Below, in pieces: positions 17,843-27,473 of a DNA stretch of 36,379 nucleotides. This DNA comes from Ferroacidibacillus organovorans. GTDB taxonomy: Bacteria; Bacillota; Bacilli; Alicyclobacillales; SLC66. Each line of letters opens with the position of its first letter. Positions within the stretch are counted from its first letter, which is position 1. The stretch lies in contig NZ_LSUQ01000025.1 in NCBI RefSeq assembly GCF_001642725.1, positions 1-36,379 on the forward strand, given 5' to 3'. A program made the position numbers and the translations under genes. The notes under the pieces were generated by a model that searched no databases, had not been told where the DNA came from, and worked only from the letters and a program-made list of their open reading frames with translations.

Positions 17843-17912
17843 GGGGGTGTTTTCAGCATGTAGGCGGAGAATTTTTACTTGGCGACAAGATTTCGACTCT
17901 GGTTTGTCTCCA

Positions 17913-18449
17913 TTACATCGTGTGAATTGCTTTTTTAACTCGATAAACTCGGCCTCGTATGACGAAACAGTAAATAACACCTAGGAGTGCCCCTGATATG
18001 CCTTGAATCGATGGGTAAAGATAAGACGGAAATGGAACATGAAATCCATTTTTGCTAATGATCAGGAAACCTAAGATTACAAAAAGTAACGTGTTCATTG
18101 AGAATTTCATTCTTCGATCGATTTCTTCACATGCTTCGAGAGCGACGGATGGTTGTTTCAATCCATTTTCAGCATCTCCCGCTAGAATGAATTCGACCAA
18201 TGCAGGGTTATATTTTTTCGATACATGAAGTGTTGATAATCTATGAAAAAATCTTCGGGTTGGGAATGTTTGGATCGTCAAACTTAAAAACCATGTGATT
18301 AGAAATAGTGCAAAGAAGATTAGGCCGATGTAGCCAACGTGCCAAATGCCGGAACCCATGAGACCCAGAAACGCAGTACCGATCATGCCATCGGATAGTA
18401 TGTTAACTGCCCCCATCAAACGCTGATCCCCCATACCCTCGCAGGGCAA
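17913..18449 (-). CDS. Hypothetical membrane protein (~4 TM)
   Basis: Four hydrophobic segments, no recognisable motif; start uncertain. Confidence 0.55.
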   Translation of the reverse strand: MPCEGMGDQRLMGAVNILSDGMIGTAFLGLMGSGIWHVGYIGLIFFALFLITWFLSLTIQTFPTRRFFHRLSTLHVSKKYNPALVEFILAGDAENGLKQPSVALEACEEIDRRMKFSMNTLLFVILGFLIISKNGFHVPFPSYLYPSIQGISGALLGVIYCFVIRGRVYRVKKAIHTM

Positions 18450-18483
18450 AATTATGATTTACTTTAATATTACCACAAAAGTA

Positions 18484-18513
18484 AAAATTCTCCGCGCAGT
18501 GCGGAGAATTTTT
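18484..18513. terminator. Terminator after MFS gene
   Basis: AAAATTCTCCGC-GCAGT-GCGGAGAATTTT inverted repeat. Confidence 0.75.
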
Positions 18514-20227
18514 ACTTGGACTCAGTGGACGATTCGCTCTCGCGGTGGATATAGCGCTTGCCGCGAAAGAGAGAGACGACGGCGGCGATGAGGGACATGA
18601 TGAGCGAGACGGTGAAGGCGAGTACGAGACCGTGCATGAAGGGCTGCGCGATCAAGGTCGGAAAGAACCGCTGACCGACGACGATGCTCGCTTGGCTCGC
18701 TGGCATGTGCTGGAGAATTCCGAATTGCTGTAGGAGGTTTTGCAAAGGGTTATAACCGAGCAGCGCCGCAAAGAGCGAGGCGGTTGGCGGCAAATGGGAG
18801 ATTTGCACGGCGCCGGCAAGAGGGACGCCATGGCGTGTAAGTCCCGTCAGCATGGCGTGCGGCAACTTCTGTGCGAGTCCGGCAATCATGACGGAAAAGA
18901 AGAGTCCCATGCTGAGCATGGAGCCGGCGTTTGTGAAGGTGGAGCGCATCCCTGATCCGACGCCGCGATACTGCGGCGGGAGTGAATTCATGATGGCGGC
19001 GCTGTTCGGTGACGCGAAAAGACCCATGCCGGCGCCGATTATGAAAAGATACGTAAAAAACATCCACGGATTGAAATCCACAGGGAGTGTGGCCATCAGG
19101 AAAAATCCGAGGGCGGTAAGCACCATTCCAGAGGTGGCGAAGATGCGCGCGCCAAAGCGATCGGAGAGTATCCCGCTGACAGGGCCTGCGACGAGAAAGC
19201 CGATCATCTGCGGGAGGGTGTAGAGTCCCGCGATCAGCGGCGTTCGCGCGTAGGAGATGCCGTGCAGTGGGAGGTAGATCCCCTGCAGCCAGATGATGAG
19301 CATGAATTGAAGGCCTCCGCGCGCCAGTGATGCGAGCAGTCCGCTCAGGTTTCCTGCAGTAAATGGCCAGATCTTGAAGAGTTTCAGATTGAAAAGCGGT
19401 TGCTCAGTGACGTGTTCGATGAGGACGAAAAGGCCGAGCATAAGCACGCCGCCGATCAGCCCTGTGAGCACCCAAGGGTTGGTCCAGCCCATCGTGTGAT
19501 GGTTGTAGGGCATGATGCCGTAGGTGAGGCCGAGCATGATACCGAGAAGACCGAGCGTGAGCGTGATGTTGCCCCAGATGTCCAGGTGCTGTTTTGCCGC
19601 TTTCTTGTTGACTTCTTTGAGCGCGATGTAAGCCCACACGGTGCCCAAGAGCCCGACGGGGACGTTTACGAGAAAGATAAAGCGCCAGTTGCCCGTCGCG
19701 GCGAGTGCCCCGCCGATCAAAAGGCCGATGATCCCGCCGCCAACCGCGGCGACTTGGTTTAGTCCGAGCGCCAAACCGCGCTGGTTCTCGGGAAAGGCGT
19801 CCGTCAGGATGGCGGCGCCGTTTGCAAAGAGAAAACCGCCGCCGATGCCTTGAATGATGCGAAAGATGATCAGTTCGACTTCCCCCGCCGTCCCTTTGCT
19901 CCAGGTGAGCGCTGCGAGCACGGAGCCGATGGTGAAAATGAGAAATCCCATATTGTAAAGGCGCACGCGGCCAAACATGTCAGACAGGCGACCGAACAGC
20001 ACGAGCAATACGGTGGTCGCGATGTTGAAGCCGAGCAGCACCCAGAGCAGGAGCCCAGTTTGATTGCTGGCGAGTGGGTTGACCTTTAGTCCATTGAAGA
20101 TCACGGGGAGCGCGATGATCAGGATAGACTGATTGATCGTCGCCATCAAGACGCCAAGCGTCGTGTTGGATAAAGCGATCCACTTATAGTGGGGGCTCGC
20201 GGTCTTTGGTGTGGCGTCAGGCGACAT
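18512..20227 (-). CDS. MFS drug:H+ antiporter (DHA2/EmrB-QacA-like)
   Basis: GRLSDMFGRVR motif A, WRFIFLVNVPVG, ~14 TM; ATG 20227 after AAGGAG. Confidence 0.92.
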   Translation of the reverse strand: MSPDATPKTASPHYKWIALSNTTLGVLMATINQSILIIALPVIFNGLKVNPLASNQTGLLLWVLLGFNIATTVLLVLFGRLSDMFGRVRLYNMGFLIFTIGSVLAALTWSKGTAGEVELIIFRIIQGIGGGFLFANGAAILTDAFPENQRGLALGLNQVAAVGGGIIGLLIGGALAATGNWRFIFLVNVPVGLLGTVWAYIALKEVNKKAAKQHLDIWGNITLTLGLLGIMLGLTYGIMPYNHHTMGWTNPWVLTGLIGGVLMLGLFVLIEHVTEQPLFNLKLFKIWPFTAGNLSGLLASLARGGLQFMLIIWLQGIYLPLHGISYARTPLIAGLYTLPQMIGFLVAGPVSGILSDRFGARIFATSGMVLTALGFFLMATLPVDFNPWMFFTYLFIIGAGMGLFASPNSAAIMNSLPPQYRGVGSGMRSTFTNAGSMLSMGLFFSVMIAGLAQKLPHAMLTGLTRHGVPLAGAVQISHLPPTASLFAALLGYNPLQNLLQQFGILQHMPASQASIVVGQRFFPTLIAQPFMHGLVLAFTVSLIMSLIAAVVSLFRGKRYIHRESESSTESK

Positions 20228-20231
20228 CAGG

Positions 20232-20702
20232 TTATTCTCCTTCAGTTTCATTTTTGCGAAACCCATTCTCGCGAAAATAGAGGGATTTTTGCAGACGCTC
20301 TTGATAACGGTCGCGCATTGCAGTCACGCTTTCTATTTTTTCATCCATTTTTTCAATCAGTTGACGGAGCACCTCGATATAGCGATCGGTGTATTCCAGT
20401 TGTCTTTCGTGATCCTGCCTGTTCTGATGGAACGATTGTCGCAACGCATCGAGTGCCTGCTCGGCGTCGAGAATCTCGCGAATCTCTTGAAGCGAAACGC
20501 CTAAATTCTCTTTCAATCGAAGAATCTGCTGTAAGCGTTCCACCGTCTTCTGGTCATAGAGGCGGTGCCCGCCGCTGGTTCTTGAACTGGGCGCGATCAA
20601 CCCGACTTCTTCGTAATAGCGAAGTGTGCGCGGGGTTAGAGGAAGTTGGCGAAGGACGGCTTCAACAGTCAATTCACCAGGTTCTTGTTCTGTCACGGTC
20701 AT
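20232..20702 (-). CDS. MerR-family transcriptional regulator
   Basis: RTLRYYEEVGLI, SGGHRLY, LGVSLQEIREIL plus coiled coil. Confidence 0.9.
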   Translation of the reverse strand: MTVTEQEPGELTVEAVLRQLPLTPRTLRYYEEVGLIAPSSRTSGGHRLYDQKTVERLQQILRLKENLGVSLQEIREILDAEQALDALRQSFHQNRQDHERQLEYTDRYIEVLRQLIEKMDEKIESVTAMRDRYQERLQKSLYFRENGFRKNETEGE

Positions 20703-20760
20703 CACCGGCCTTGAGTGGAGTTGCAAGAAGCACCTAAGACACGATAGTATACAAATACGC

Positions 20761-20780
20761 ACCTGACGTCAACGTTAGGT
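20761..20780. promoter_or_regulatory. Palindromic MerR-type operator between divergent genes
   Basis: ACCTGACGT-CA-ACGTTAGGT. Confidence 0.6.
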
Positions 20781-20809
20781 TTCGCGAAAACAAATCTTTG
20801 GGGTGAATC

Positions 20810-21544
20810 ATGAGAATCGCAGACGGTGTTGAAATGTTGGAGCTTGAAATGGTATTTGCGGGTAACGCGAGCGTGATTCATCCTACGCTTCTTTATGATG
20901 ACAAACACGCAGTTTTGGTTGACGTGGGTGTGCCGGGACAACTGCACGCCATTCGCGCAGCGGTCGAGAAGGCGGGTGTCCCTTTTGAGCGCATTGACGC
21001 GGTGATTCTCACCCATCAGGACATCGATCACGTCGGCAGTATCGAAGCGGTTCTAGGCGAGCTTGGTCAGTCCGTGGCGGTGTACGCGCACGCCGAAGAT
21101 AAGCCGTACATTGAAGGGGACAAACCGTCGATCAAGATGACCCCTGAGCGCGTGGCGCAGATGCTCGCGCGCCTGCCGGAAGACGCGCGCAAGCAGGCGG
21201 AGGCGATGTTTCTCCATCCGCCAAAGGCGAAGGTGACAAATGTTGTGGCGGACGGCGAGATTTTGCCGTTTTTTGGCGGGGTACAGGTGGTGTTTACACC
21301 GGGGCACACACCGGGGCACATCGCGCTCTATCATCTTCCGAGCAAGACGCTCATTGCGGGGGATTCTACGGTGGGTCGCGAAGGGAAGCTGCTCGGACCG
21401 AGTGCCCAAGCGACCCCGGATATGCCGATGGCGTTGGCGTCTCTAAAGAAGTTTACAGCGCTCGATGTTGCACAGGTGATCTGCTATCACGGCGGACTGT
21501 GCGACGATCATGTGAATGAACAGTTTCGCGATTTGACGAAGTGA
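20810..21544 (+). CDS. MBL-fold metallo-hydrolase
   Basis: THQDIDHVG, TPGHTPGH, IAGD, CYHGG. Confidence 0.92.
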   Translation: MRIADGVEMLELEMVFAGNASVIHPTLLYDDKHAVLVDVGVPGQLHAIRAAVEKAGVPFERIDAVILTHQDIDHVGSIEAVLGELGQSVAVYAHAEDKPYIEGDKPSIKMTPERVAQMLARLPEDARKQAEAMFLHPPKAKVTNVVADGEILPFFGGVQVVFTPGHTPGHIALYHLPSKTLIAGDSTVGREGKLLGPSAQATPDMPMALASLKKFTALDVAQVICYHGGLCDDHVNEQFRDLTK

Positions 21545-21590
21545 GTTGATACATGATGCGGCTGTTCGCGAAGTGAGTTGAAAGGATTCT

Positions 21591-21626
21591 TGGGGTGGAG
21601 ACGAAGGGGCGTCTCCACCCTTTTTC
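21591..21626 (+). terminator. Rho-independent terminator
   Basis: GGGTGGAGACG-AAGGGG-CGTCTCCACCC-TTTTT. Confidence 0.8.
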
Positions 21627-21745
21627 GATCTGCTACATTCTTGAGGTTTATCGTCTAATCTTGACATAGTAGTGTATCATGATTACTAAGAAACCTGTTT
21701 TCTGTGTAAATGGAAAATCATATTCTGATTAAGGAGGCATACAAT

Positions 21746-22159
21746 ATGGAAACCCTATTGACGAAAGGACATACCGTGGAGGGGAAGTATTTGGATGCAA
21801 AACCCAAGGTTATCAGCGTCTCGAAAAGCCGCCAGATTACCTTGCCGATACAGTATTATCGCGAGCTTGGCATTCATGATGAAGTAGAATGTCTGTTGCG
21901 AAATGACGAAATTGTCATTCGACCAGTTCGACGTGGGGATGATTTCTCAGAAGAGATCCTCAAGGATTTGATTCAACAGGGATACAACGGGGAGGCGTTG
22001 TTAACAGAATTTCAGCGATTGCGCGATGGGATTCGTCCGGCAGTAAAACGAATGGTAGATGAGGCACATCAAGCTGCAAAAGATAGGATGGATAGCCGTT
22101 CTCCAGAGGAACAGCTTATCGAATTGTTTCGCGACGACAGCGTCGAACAGGGGGACTGA
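21746..22159 (+). CDS. AbrB/MazE/SpoVT-family DNA-binding protein (putative antitoxin)
   Basis: ISVSKSRQITLPIQYYRELGI..EVEC...IVIRP swapped-hairpin motif; ATG 21746 after AAGGAGG (TTG 21791 alternative). Confidence 0.85.
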   Translation: METLLTKGHTVEGKYLDAKPKVISVSKSRQITLPIQYYRELGIHDEVECLLRNDEIVIRPVRRGDDFSEEILKDLIQQGYNGEALLTEFQRLRDGIRPAVKRMVDEAHQAAKDRMDSRSPEEQLIELFRDDSVEQGD

Positions 22160-22164
22160 TTTCC

Positions 22165-22464
22165 CTGATCCCCTTTTTTCACCGACCTCCTTTTGAACGA
22201 TACATCAAAAAACTAGTTGAAAAACCCTTGAAAAATCTTTTTCAGGAAGCGGTTATGGATATTCTCACTAATCCCTATTGTGGACAAATTAAAGTTGGAG
22301 ATTTACAGGGTTTTTGGGGATATGACATTCAGTACAAAGGTATAAATTATGAAATTGCCTATGTCATCATAGAAAATGATGACGGTTCACCACAGTCCGT
22401 TGTCTTTTATATGGCTGGAACACGCGAGAATTTTTGGAACGAAATTAAAAGATACTTACGATAG
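22165..22464 (+). CDS. RelE/ParE-superfamily toxin (type II TA)
   Basis: PFERYIKKL...ILTNPYCGQIKVGDLQGFWGYDI...YEIAY...MAGTRENFWNEIKRY; frame is open upstream of the tracked TTG 22228, start probably CTG 22165 or nearby. Confidence 0.8.
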   Translation: MIPFFHRPPFERYIKKLVEKPLKNLFQEAVMDILTNPYCGQIKVGDLQGFWGYDIQYKGINYEIAYVIIENDDGSPQSVVFYMAGTRENFWNEIKRYLR

Positions 22465-22599
22465 TACGCATCTTGAAGTTTGGTCAGGAAATTGACATAT
22501 GCCCAAATATTGTATCCTATTCATCGATTTACCAGTTTGGATGAAGCTGCGTGTAATCATGGGGACAGGTTAGATGTTCGTAGGGGGGAATCCATATCC

Positions 22600-23010
22600 A
22601 TGTCTGATCTGCCGAAGCATTATGTGTCAGCAGCCGTCGTCGTGATGAATGAACAGAGTGAAATGTTGCTCATCAAGGGACCGCGCAGAGGTTGGGAACC
22701 ACCGGGCGGCGTTGTTGAGATGGGTGAATCGATACGCGATGCAGCCGTTCGCGAAGTGAAGGAAGAATCCGGGTTTGACATCGAAATCACATCTTTTTGC
22801 GGAATCTATCAACACTTGACGAACGGCGTAGTGAACACCTTGTGGCTGGGAAAGCTGATTGGCGGGACGCCGCAAACATCGGATGAGAGCTTGGCGGTCG
22901 GCTTTTTTCCAGTGGATCGCGCGCTGGGCATGGTCACATGGAGTAATTTCCGCGAACGCATCGAACAAACCTTAGAAAAGCGTGCCCATCCCTTTTTTGT
23001 CGCTTATTGA
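22600..23010 (+). CDS. NUDIX hydrolase
   Basis: Nudix box GGVVEMGESIRDAAVREVKEESG; ATG 22600 after AGGGGGG. Confidence 0.92.
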   Translation: MSDLPKHYVSAAVVVMNEQSEMLLIKGPRRGWEPPGGVVEMGESIRDAAVREVKEESGFDIEITSFCGIYQHLTNGVVNTLWLGKLIGGTPQTSDESLAVGFFPVDRALGMVTWSNFRERIEQTLEKRAHPFFVAY

Positions 23011-23095
23011 TCCAATATTCGCGATGCTGTGATGAGATTAGCGATCATTGAAAATGAATTGAATCCTGTCTTGCGTGTGAAAGGCGGTCGCCCGA

Positions 23096-24490
23096 ATGGA
23101 AAACTGGAAGTCATTTCTCGAAGCCAATCAAGAGTCGTTTCTCGCAGATTTGATAGACTTTCTTCGCATTCCAAGCATCTCAACACTACCTGAGTATCAA
23201 GCCGAGGTTAAGCGTGCAGCCGAGTGGCTCGCATCCCGCATGGAATCAGCCGGGTTAGAGCATGTCGAAGTGCTCGCAACAGATGGGCATCCGATCGTTT
23301 ATGGCGACTGGCTACACGCAGAGAACGCGCCGACGCTTCTGCTCTATGGACACTATGATGTGCAGCCGGTTGATCCGCTTGAATTGTGGACGACGCCGCC
23401 GTTTGCGCCGGATCTTCGCGAGGGTCGGCTTTTTGCGCGCGGCGCAAGCGATATGAAAGGCAATGTCCTGGTGATGATCCACGCGATAGAGGCGCACCTG
23501 CGTACAACAGGTAAACTCCCTGTCAATCTGAAAGTTGTGATTGAAGGGGAAGAGGAAATCGGAAGCCGCTCGCTACCAAAATGGCTTGCGGAGCATCGCG
23601 ACAAGATCGCGTGTGACATCGCGGCGAGCGCTGACTCTGCGCAACTCGCGCTTCAAATTCCCACGCTCATTGTGGGGGCAAAAGGAATGTGCGGCTTCCA
23701 GATGGATGTGAAGACGGCGGAGAGTGACCTGCACTCTGGGCTGGCAGGGGGCGTTGTCCACAACGCGCTTCACGTCGCAGCACAGATTGTTTCGTCGATG
23801 CATGATGAGTCCCGACGCGTGACGGTGGCAGGATTCTATGATGACGTCGCGCTCCCCGCGCCTGACGAGCGCGCCATGTGCGCCCGCATGCCGCTTGGCG
23901 AAGATGACTTTCGCCGATCGATCGGCGTGAACCAATTGATCAGCGAACCTGGGTTTACTCCGATGGAGTCGACGTGGTTTCGCCCGACATTAGAAGTCAA
24001 TGGCATGTGGGGAGGATTTCAGGGCGAGGGTACAAAGACGATTATTCCCTGCGTCGCGCACGTAAAAATCACATGTCGACTGGTGGCCCATCAACAACCC
24101 GCGAAGATCATCGAGTTGCTCAAGGCGCATCTTGCGCGTGTGACGCCATCTGGCGTGGAGGTGCATGTGACACCGCTATTTGATATGGCGGACCCTTATC
24201 TCCTGCCGGAGGATCACCCCGCGACGAAGGCGGCGGATGCTGCGCTTCAGGATGTGATGGGGGGACACCCGATGCACATGCGAATGGGTGCAACCGTGCC
24301 GATTCTTGGCATGCTCAAAGAACTGCTGGGTGTGGAAGTGTTGTCGCTTGGCTTTTCCGGGATTCGCGACGGCATGCACGCGCCGAACGAGTCGCTCGAC
24401 CTCTCTTTTTATCGCGTGGGGGCGCACGTTTACGCGCGACTTTTTGAAACGCTTGCGACGTTGCGCGGCAGCTTGCACAGCTCAGACTGA
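23096..24490 (+). CDS. M20-family metallo-dipeptidase
   Basis: YGHYDVQP, ARGASDMKG, IEGEEEIGS, DLHSG, HAPNE. Confidence 0.93.
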   Translation: MENWKSFLEANQESFLADLIDFLRIPSISTLPEYQAEVKRAAEWLASRMESAGLEHVEVLATDGHPIVYGDWLHAENAPTLLLYGHYDVQPVDPLELWTTPPFAPDLREGRLFARGASDMKGNVLVMIHAIEAHLRTTGKLPVNLKVVIEGEEEIGSRSLPKWLAEHRDKIACDIAASADSAQLALQIPTLIVGAKGMCGFQMDVKTAESDLHSGLAGGVVHNALHVAAQIVSSMHDESRRVTVAGFYDDVALPAPDERAMCARMPLGEDDFRRSIGVNQLISEPGFTPMESTWFRPTLEVNGMWGGFQGEGTKTIIPCVAHVKITCRLVAHQQPAKIIELLKAHLARVTPSGVEVHVTPLFDMADPYLLPEDHPATKAADAALQDVMGGHPMHMRMGATVPILGMLKELLGVEVLSLGFSGIRDGMHAPNESLDLSFYRVGAHVYARLFETLATLRGSLHSSD

Positions 24491-24491
24491 A

Positions 24492-25694
24492 TCATGAACT
24501 GAAGTGAGGTTCATCGCTCGCGACAGGATGCAAGCGGTTTTCCTCCATGCGCATGATCACGATGAGCATCGCAAAGAGGAGCAGTGCGAATCCTGTAAGA
24601 TTCCACAAATTGATCCGAATGGATTCGTGATCCATGAGCCACCCAAAGAGTGCGGGCATGAGCGCGCCGCCGAGGCCGGCAAACAGTGTGACAAGGGTTG
24701 TGACGCGCTGGTTTTGCCCCGGAAAAGCGTGATTGGCAAAGACCATGATGATGACAAAAATACCTGACATGCTCAGCCCGAGAAGAAATACGAAGATGAC
24801 GTCTGCCCACGGGTTTTGAATAAGCGCCAAGAGTGCGAACAAGACCATGGTGGCGCCAATGCTGATGAGAAGAAAGCGCGAGTAGGGCACGCGGCGTATG
24901 ACGCGCCCGGTAAGCGCGCGACCGATGACCATGGCGATCCAGAAAAGGGTGACCGTTAAGGTGGCCACGCTCGTTTTGATATGGATGTAGGAAATAAAGA
25001 TCGACGGGAGGAAGTTGTTCATACAGGATTCGAGCCCGACGTAGAGAAAAATCATGCCGACAAACACGGAGATGAGCAGAGTTTTAGCGCCTGCCCCTTG
25101 AACGGTGAGCGCTGCGCTGTGGGCGTCGCGCGGGCCAACGTGCGTGTCATGTTGCGCGTTGATCGGGATGAACATCCAGGCTAGGCTCAGTACGAGCGAG
25201 ATGATTCCAACGAGATAGAAGCCGAGATTCCAGTGGTGCCACGCGATGAATCCGCTGACGGCGAGCGGCATGATGAGCGATCCTGCGCCAAAGGTCACCT
25301 CCATCCGACTCATGACGACGGCGCGCCGACCTGCAAACCACTCCATGAGAGATGCCACGATCGTATTTTGCGTGCAGGCGAGGCCGAAGCCGTTCATTAG
25401 ACAGGTGACGATAATGATAGGCATGGGGGGGAGCATGGCCGTGACGATCTGCGCGATGGCGATACACAGGCTCGCCAAGACCAGCGTGTGTCGGTAGCCG
25501 ATGCGGCGCACGATGAGCGAAGACACCCCGACGCCGAGTAAGAAGCCGAAGAATTGCAGAAAGATGAGTTGTCCGCCCAGTGTGTACGAGACCCCGTAGT
25601 GCCTTAAGAAAACTACAAAGACGGACCCGAGTGACTCATTGGAGAGGCCATTCATAAGGTACATCCACGACGCCAATTGTACAAATCCGTTCAA
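24492..25694 (-). CDS. MFS transporter (GlcP/FucP-like sugar:H+ symporter)
   Basis: ~12 TM, FLYVGLE, FWIAMVIGR; third gene of the DeoR-Cof operon. Confidence 0.85.
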   Translation of the reverse strand: MNGFVQLASWMYLMNGLSNESLGSVFVVFLRHYGVSYTLGGQLIFLQFFGFLLGVGVSSLIVRRIGYRHTLVLASLCIAIAQIVTAMLPPMPIIIVTCLMNGFGLACTQNTIVASLMEWFAGRRAVVMSRMEVTFGAGSLIMPLAVSGFIAWHHWNLGFYLVGIISLVLSLAWMFIPINAQHDTHVGPRDAHSAALTVQGAGAKTLLISVFVGMIFLYVGLESCMNNFLPSIFISYIHIKTSVATLTVTLFWIAMVIGRALTGRVIRRVPYSRFLLISIGATMVLFALLALIQNPWADVIFVFLLGLSMSGIFVIIMVFANHAFPGQNQRVTTLVTLFAGLGGALMPALFGWLMDHESIRINLWNLTGFALLLFAMLIVIMRMEENRLHPVASDEPHFSS

Positions 25695-26515
25695 GCGTTT
25701 CTCTCCTTGTGCGCGAATTCTGCGGTGCAGTCCCGGTTGTAATGGTTCACAAAAGCACAGACGTCTGCCACGGAAGCGGTGACGTGGCGCGCCGCTTTCA
25801 AGACGGCGGGATCACTGTGAGACATGGCAAAGCTGTGCGGTGTCACCTCAAACATCGCGAGGTCATTAAACGAATCGCCGATGCAAACCATTTCTTCGCT
25901 TTGGATGTTGCGATGCTCGATCAGCGAGCGTAGGCCGACGCCTTTTGACACATGGCCTGGAATCACATCCAGACAGTCCCTATCTGCAATGACTGCGTGA
26001 AGCGCATTTGGAAAGCGTTCGAGGAGATGCGTGCGGAGTTTGTGAAGTGTGTCCAAATCCCCAAAAAAGCCGAACTTGCATGGCAGGGTACCCTGTTCAA
26101 ACAGGCGCTCCATCTCGGCACATTCACGAACAGGCATGAACATGCGGTCTCTCAAAGCTTGTGTGCTTTTGAGTGGCGGGATGTAGATTTGGTTGTCCGT
26201 GCAACTGACCGTGTAGGGGAGCGAACCGTTCGCTGCGAAGGAGAGCAACTGGCGTGCAAGTGTTAGATCAAAGCTCGCAGACGCAAGGAGACGCTCGTTG
26301 TGATCATAAACAAACGAACCATTTTGACTGACGCGATGGCAAGGGATGTCAAGACGTTTCGCGACCTCTTGCAGTTCAGGGTCCATGCGGCCAGATGCTA
26401 GACCAATTTCGATTCCTTGCTGGTGCGCTTGGCGCAGTGCAGCTACGTCGTTTTCACGGATTGCATCATCGATCCATAGCGTGCCATCCACGTCGCTTAC
26501 AATCAGTCGAATCAT
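25691..26515 (-). CDS. Cof-type HAD-IIB phosphatase
   Basis: SDVDGTL, LASGR, SKGVGL, IGDSFNDLAMF. Confidence 0.93.
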   Translation of the reverse strand: MIRLIVSDVDGTLWIDDAIRENDVAALRQAHQQGIEIGLASGRMDPELQEVAKRLDIPCHRVSQNGSFVYDHNERLLASASFDLTLARQLLSFAANGSLPYTVSCTDNQIYIPPLKSTQALRDRMFMPVRECAEMERLFEQGTLPCKFGFFGDLDTLHKLRTHLLERFPNALHAVIADRDCLDVIPGHVSKGVGLRSLIEHRNIQSEEMVCIGDSFNDLAMFEVTPHSFAMSHSDPAVLKAARHVTASVADVCAFVNHYNRDCTAEFAHKERNA

Positions 26516-27291
26516 GAGCGATCCTCCTTGACCACGATCACGTGAACTTCAGATTCATCGAGTGCGCGCTGAAGCTCAACGCCTGGTTCCTGATCGGTAA
26601 CCAAGATGTCAATCGCCACCAAATCGGAAATCTTATGGAACAGACGCTTTCCGAATTTCGTGTGATCCGCGAGGACGATCACTTGGTCGGCGTGTCGGAT
26701 CATTTCGCGTTTAACGACGCCATCTTCTTCATGCGGATACGACAGCCCATCCCCAGTGATTCCGCAAGCCCCGAGAAACAGCTTGTCGACGTGGTACTCG
26801 GAGAGCTTTTCGAGTGTCGAGGCACCGTGTAAAAAACGGTGTGCACCATTTAAAACCCCACCCAAAACATGCACGGTGACGTTCTCTTTTTCTGACAAGA
26901 TGCTCGCGGCGTCGATCGCGTTTGTCACAACGGTCACGTTTCGCGCCGTCAAGCATTCTGCAACAAACTGTACGGTTGTCGATGCGTCCAGGATGATGAA
27001 TTCGCCGTCTGAAACGAGGGAAGCGGCGGCTCGTCCGATCTCTAATTTACCGAGTGATTCACGGTTCAGGCGCTCTTTATAGCCGTAAACCTCTTTTGAC
27101 AAGCTTGGCAGCATCAGGCCGCCGCGTGTTCGCACAACCTGTGTGGTTTCTGCAAGTTTCACAACGTCCCTGCGCGCTGTGTCGCGGGAGACATCGTAAA
27201 GCTCACAGATCGTTTGGAGTGTCACGCGGTGATGTTGATTCAGGTAACTCAGGATATGGACAAGTCGCTCCTCTTGACTAAGTGATTTCAA
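26512..27291 (-). CDS. DeoR/GlpR-family regulator (GlcR-like)
   Basis: VSRDTARRDVVKL..RTRGG HTH, LDASTT, LADHTKFG; TTG 27291 after GGAGGTG. Confidence 0.92.
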   Translation of the reverse strand: MKSLSQEERLVHILSYLNQHHRVTLQTICELYDVSRDTARRDVVKLAETTQVVRTRGGLMLPSLSKEVYGYKERLNRESLGKLEIGRAAASLVSDGEFIILDASTTVQFVAECLTARNVTVVTNAIDAASILSEKENVTVHVLGGVLNGAHRFLHGASTLEKLSEYHVDKLFLGACGITGDGLSYPHEEDGVVKREMIRHADQVIVLADHTKFGKRLFHKISDLVAIDILVTDQEPGVELQRALDESEVHVIVVKEDRS

Positions 27292-27396
27292 GCGAAACAC
27301 CTCCATGTGTAAGGATTATAAGTAAATATTTGAAAAAACGTCAAGGTAATTTAAGTGATTATGCGTGTTTTTTAAGCAAAGCGAAGGTAAGTGTTT
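27279..27396 (-). promoter_or_regulatory. Sigma-A promoter of the DeoR operon with TAAGTGATT-type direct repeats (probable operator)
   Basis: Minus strand TTGACG (27344-27339), 18 bp, TATAAT (27320-27315); repeats at 27279, 27319, 27352, 27388. Confidence 0.65.
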
Positions 27397-27473
27397 GACC
27401 GTGATGTTATTTCGATTGGTAAAAGGATAGAAGTGGACGGGTTGGAAACCCTAACTGCACGTCGTACTGTCAG

